DNA from: Guillardia theta CCMP2712
Lineage: Eukaryota; Protista; Cryptophyta
NCBI RefSeq assembly: GCF_000315625.1
Contig: NW_005434639.1
Location: 195,511 to 259,510 of the forward strand
Direction: 5' to 3'
DNA: 64,000 bases
Part shown: in pieces, positions 60,058 to 64,000 of the stretch
How positions within the stretch are numbered: position 1 is the first letter of the stretch
Layout of the letters: each line of letters opens with the position of its first letter
The notes under the pieces: generated by a model
Told to the model about the DNA's origin: nothing
What the model saw: only the letters and a program-made list of their open reading frames with translations
Database searches by the model: none
Position numbers and translations under genes: made by a program

Positions 60058-60759
60058 CTTCTAGCAAAGAAGGAAGACGGGAAGAGGAGGAAGGAGCGTA
60101 TGTAGCTGACACCGGCGTCCTAACTCCTTCTTCGCCTCCACTTCTCCTCGAGAACCCCGCAGCACAACCAGTCGTAAGAGATTGCAGTCGAGTATTCTAT
60201 CCTCCTTAGCTCATGGGCCTCGATCACCCCCGCAGCCCGCAGCGCTCACGTGTGCATGGTGACCTGCAGTGGCTCCTGCTGCTGCTGCTCTCCCTCCTAG
60301 CAGAGCTCCGCCTCCTCCCCGACCATCGCACGCTCTCCCTTTCGCCATCCATGGCGGGGGGGTAACAATCCCTGATGTCGCCAGGGGTGGTATACGTTTT
60401 GGTCCAGTACGGGGTACTTATCGGTAAAGTGAAGGGGTGGGGTAGGCGACTGCGGATCCCACCAGGAAAAGAGCTACGACTCTGCAAGGAATGAAGAAGA
60501 AACGGGCATGGCAAGAAGGAGGAAGGAGGAAGGAGGACAGGAGACAGGAGGATAGAGGAGGACGAGAGTGTTGAGAAAGGGTTGGTGTGCAGAGGAGAGG
60601 ACTCGGTGAGAGCAGACGAGAGCGCATCTCGGACTGGGGCGACATGAAACGAAAAGGTGTCAAGTTGGCTGAATGAACAACGCACGGGGTGTAAGTTTGA
60701 CATAATCGCAAGGGGGTCAGTTAAAACTTGAGGGGCAAGCGACCATCTCCACCAGCAGT

Positions 60760-62895
60760 ATGGGGCTCCTAGCCGAACTGCTGGTGGCTGCCTTGCTGAT
60801 AATGGGGATGCGGGGAGAAGGGAGGGAAGAGGGCAGAATGGGAGGAGGAAGCGATGTCAGAAGGTCAGTGCAAGACAGCATGATCTACATCAGTACAAAG
60901 GTTCCAGAGATAGAGGCCAACCAAGCTCACACTTTCCCGGTGCATGTTGGAGGCTTGATCGACGGCTTCCAGTATCGCATGCTCCTGATAGTCTCCCAAG
61001 GGGGGGAGTTTGTGCATGCAGAGGAGAGAATGATTGAGAATGTCTCTGAGGTACACCCCACACTTCCTCCTCTGCAGCCCAGCATGAACGAGTACGCGGT
61101 CTCAATCTCCATCTTGGATCCTTCGCTGGATCGGGACAAAGAGGAAGCACTCCTGGCTCGGCTGATAAGGCACATCAAGGTTTCCAACAAGGAAAGCTCA
61201 GTGAAAGCAAGCAGGAGGGACTGGGACTGCCAGACTGTTCTGGAGACGTATGATGCTGCCAGCGATACCAGGTGTGAGTCAAGGGCTGCAGCCGCTGCAA
61301 AGGTGGCAGCGGCGACAGTCGGAACTGTCGACCGAGCAGTCGTGATTTACAACCTTGCGCATCGATGGCGGGGCCCGTTGTCTGTTGTGTTCTACACCTC
61401 TACAGAGGAGGAGAGAGAGATTGTGAGAACGTTTGTGAGGGAAGAGCTTATCAGGGCGTCCAAGTCCTACTGCAAGAGCTTGTGGGTGCAGCTAGTCTCC
61501 GACTGCAAGGACAAGAACCAACCCGACGATCAGTTCAGTTTTCCTGTGAACAAGCTCAGGTTCGAAGCGATCAACGTACTCCCCCATGACTATGTGCTTT
61601 ACGTGGATGCGGATTTCTTGCCGTCAGACAATGCTCTTGTCGAGATAGAGCGAGGGCTCAAAGAGTTTGATGAGCTTGAGAGTGCGCTCCTGGTAATTCC
61701 ATGCTTCATGTCGGATGCCGATGCAAGTTGGCCTCGGCCGGTTGAAAGTCGAAGAGGAGAAGGAGGAAGAGGAGGAAGAGGAGGAGAGGAGAGCGAAGAT
61801 GAGACTTGGGAGGTGCCGAGCATCGACCTGTCAACTCTGAAGCTTCACATGAAGGGGAGGAAGGTCCGACCGCCTGGCGCCCCCTTCAACATCCTCTCCC
61901 ATGGCGCGACGGACTACGCGCGATGGCTGAGGGTCAACGGGACTGGCAGAGCATACGAGGTCAGCTACAACATGTGGTACGAGCCCTACGTAGTGGTGAA
62001 CAGAAGGTTGTGGGGGGGGATGAACGGAGGAGGGCTCTTCGACGATCGTTTCGCCTTCGCGTTTGCTGACAAGGTCCAGTTGACCTACGAGGCAGCTGTC
62101 ATGGGGTACCGCTTCTTCGTGCTACCCAGCGTCTTCCTCATCCACGTCCCGCAGGCCGCAGGCTTCAGATGTCTGCCGTCCAGCCCCGAACTCTGCGCGC
62201 TGAGCTCCAAGGATGTCGGGTGGAGAGCAGAGAACGTTGGCTTCCAGGCGAGCTTCGACCTGATCCACTTCATCCTAGACCTCCCAGTATGGGAATCGAG
62301 ACCTTCGAAGCCGAGGAGCCGGCCCTGCTTCCTGCCCCCTTACAGGATCCTGCGGGACTTGAGCACCAAGGAGCTTCTCTCCATCCTCATCCCCGACTAC
62401 TCGACGAGATCCAAAGGATGGAGCTGCTGCTTCAACGTCTGCGAGCATCTGCCAGTGAAGTTGCTCCACTTTGCTCACGCCTTCCTCGAGCAGAACCTGC
62501 TGGACCCTGATGACGCGGCGACTGCCCTCCAGCACAGCGAGGCGCTCCGTGTCGGGATGAGGAAATGGTGTGCTGACGTCACCCCGTTGTCAGGGTACCT
62601 GGTGAACACTCGCCAGGCTCAGATTGCGCTGGAGAGGCTGGTGCTGGAGGGAGGGCAGGGTGAGGCCGGAGCCTTCACCCACTACCTGGAGGAGGAGGGA
62701 GTGGTCACCATGCTGAAGCCTGTGCGCGAGGAGGGCGAGTTTCTCCTCCTGCATGCAGACAACCTCCCCTCCTGCGATCTTGTCGGGCCTGTTTACAGGT
62801 GCCTCATCACGACAGTGGACAACTCGACTGGGATGAATGGATTCGGGGTGAGAAGGACAGCATGGCTGGCTCCCTCCAAACCTCCTGCTGCAATC

Positions 62896-62958
<63 letters not shown>

Positions 62959-64000
62959 GATGGAAGGGCTACTCAAGGATGGAAGAAGCATTCCGAGGAA
63001 GTCAATGTGAATCTCAACGTCGACGTCGAAGGATCCCTCTCGTGCCGGCCTTTCTCGCTGCTAGTGCGGGCTCGGGGCCTCCTGCCGATGGTCCAGTACC
63101 GGATGGAAACTCACCTCTACGAGAAGTACTCAGGTCGGACTTACTTCTCCAACGTCTCCCAGCTGAAGTTTGTGGGAGAGGAGGAGGAGGAGCTCGCCTA
63201 CGAGTTCAGCTATCAAGTACCCAGGCTTGCTGGAGGAGATTTTACGCTGACTTGCCGGCTGTTGGATGAATACCCTGACCTCGCTCCCGGCGAGGAGCTC
63301 GTCGGAGCGAGGACCCTCGCCCTATTCGTCGATGCTTCCTCCTCGGATTGCCAGCAGAACACAGCAGGAGCGGATCAGGAGGTCGACAACTCGCGCAAGC
63401 AACCAGTGGAGGAGAAGGTGGAGGAGAAGGTGGAGGAGGTGGAGCAACAGGAAACTAGAGAGCATGTATGTGCGAGCTCGGAGTGGTGCGTGGATGTTGT
63501 AACTTCACCAACCATCGCCAAGAGCATCGCAAGGCTTCGTCGCCTTACTCGTGATCCTCTTCCTCTCCCGCTAAGGTCCATCTCGATGCCAGAGATCGAA
63601 GACTTCCTGGCTGCTAGGGACGAGACCGTTGCGGAAGCGAGAGGAGCAAGACAATTCACGGACCCACCTTCGATGCATGTGGAGGACAACTACATCCCCT
63701 CCTACGAGGAGAGCCTGTACAAGTTCTGGTCGATGCTCCGCCAGGGAACACCCTTCGCGCTCCTGCGCTTCGGGGATGGGGAGCTCGCGCTGCTGAACGG
63801 GGAGAGCTACCAGTGAGCTCCAGCATTGTTCGTTCCCTGCTCCTCCCTTGCTCCCCCCTTGCGGAGGATTGAAACCCCTGTGCTAATCGACGCGAGCAGG
63901 TCGAGGATCGACGTTGTTCAATGGTCGTCCCTCTCTAGCGACAGGGAGAGGGAGAGGATGAAGCTTCTGCTCGCGGACGCGTTCGCGCTCGCTCAAGGAT
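60760..64000 (+). CDS. Multidomain secretory glycosyltransferase: GT49 (LARGE/B4GAT1-like) domain + polyQ + GT-D-fold-like domain; continues past the window
   Basis: Signal peptide; RWRGPLSVV, FPVNKLR, VDADFLPS, LVIPCF, SHGATDY.RW, WYEPYVV, FDDRF and GYRFFVLP..FLIHVP (GT49); then F..ML....PFALLRFGDGE (GT-D/DUF1792-like) before the GT donor at ~63813. Confidence 0.85.
62899..62955 (+). repeat. (CAG)19 coding polyglutamine tract
   Basis: Pure CAG run inside the 1018-aa ORF. Confidence 0.95.

Overview
Gene-dense eukaryotic nuclear DNA. It has many short (~40-55 nt) GT-AG introns, other introns inflated by purine/pyrimidine microsatellites, and one 100-N assembly gap. Bipartite signal+transit peptides with an A/G-F cleavage motif, a type-1 rhodopsin and the intron style suggest a cryptophyte alga (Guillardia/Hanusia-like); this is an inference. 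By manual splicing I can support about 22 protein genes: a SOUL heme-binding protein, ADAT3/Tad3, Cdc14, a microbial rhodopsin, an UNC-93-like MFS protein, two ankyrin paralogs, a FAM194/C3orf20-like protein, RING-H2, RNI-type LRR, DCAF4-like WD40, a 2xUBL+2xIg protein, a CPBP protease, GINS Sld5, a C11orf49/CSTPP1-like protein, a RAP-domain protein, a GT49 multidomain glycosyltransferase and several orphans. The best finding is at 19816-22004 (-). One polypeptide joins a truncated F-box-like motif, an EGLN/PhyA-type prolyl 4-hydroxylase and a GT60 Gnt1-type GlcNAc-transferase, making it a candidate all-in-one Skp1 O2-sensing enzyme. The second is a signal-peptide-bearing DTA-motif rhodopsin with an unusual retinal pocket. 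All exon structures were inferred by eye, without transcript data or database searches.
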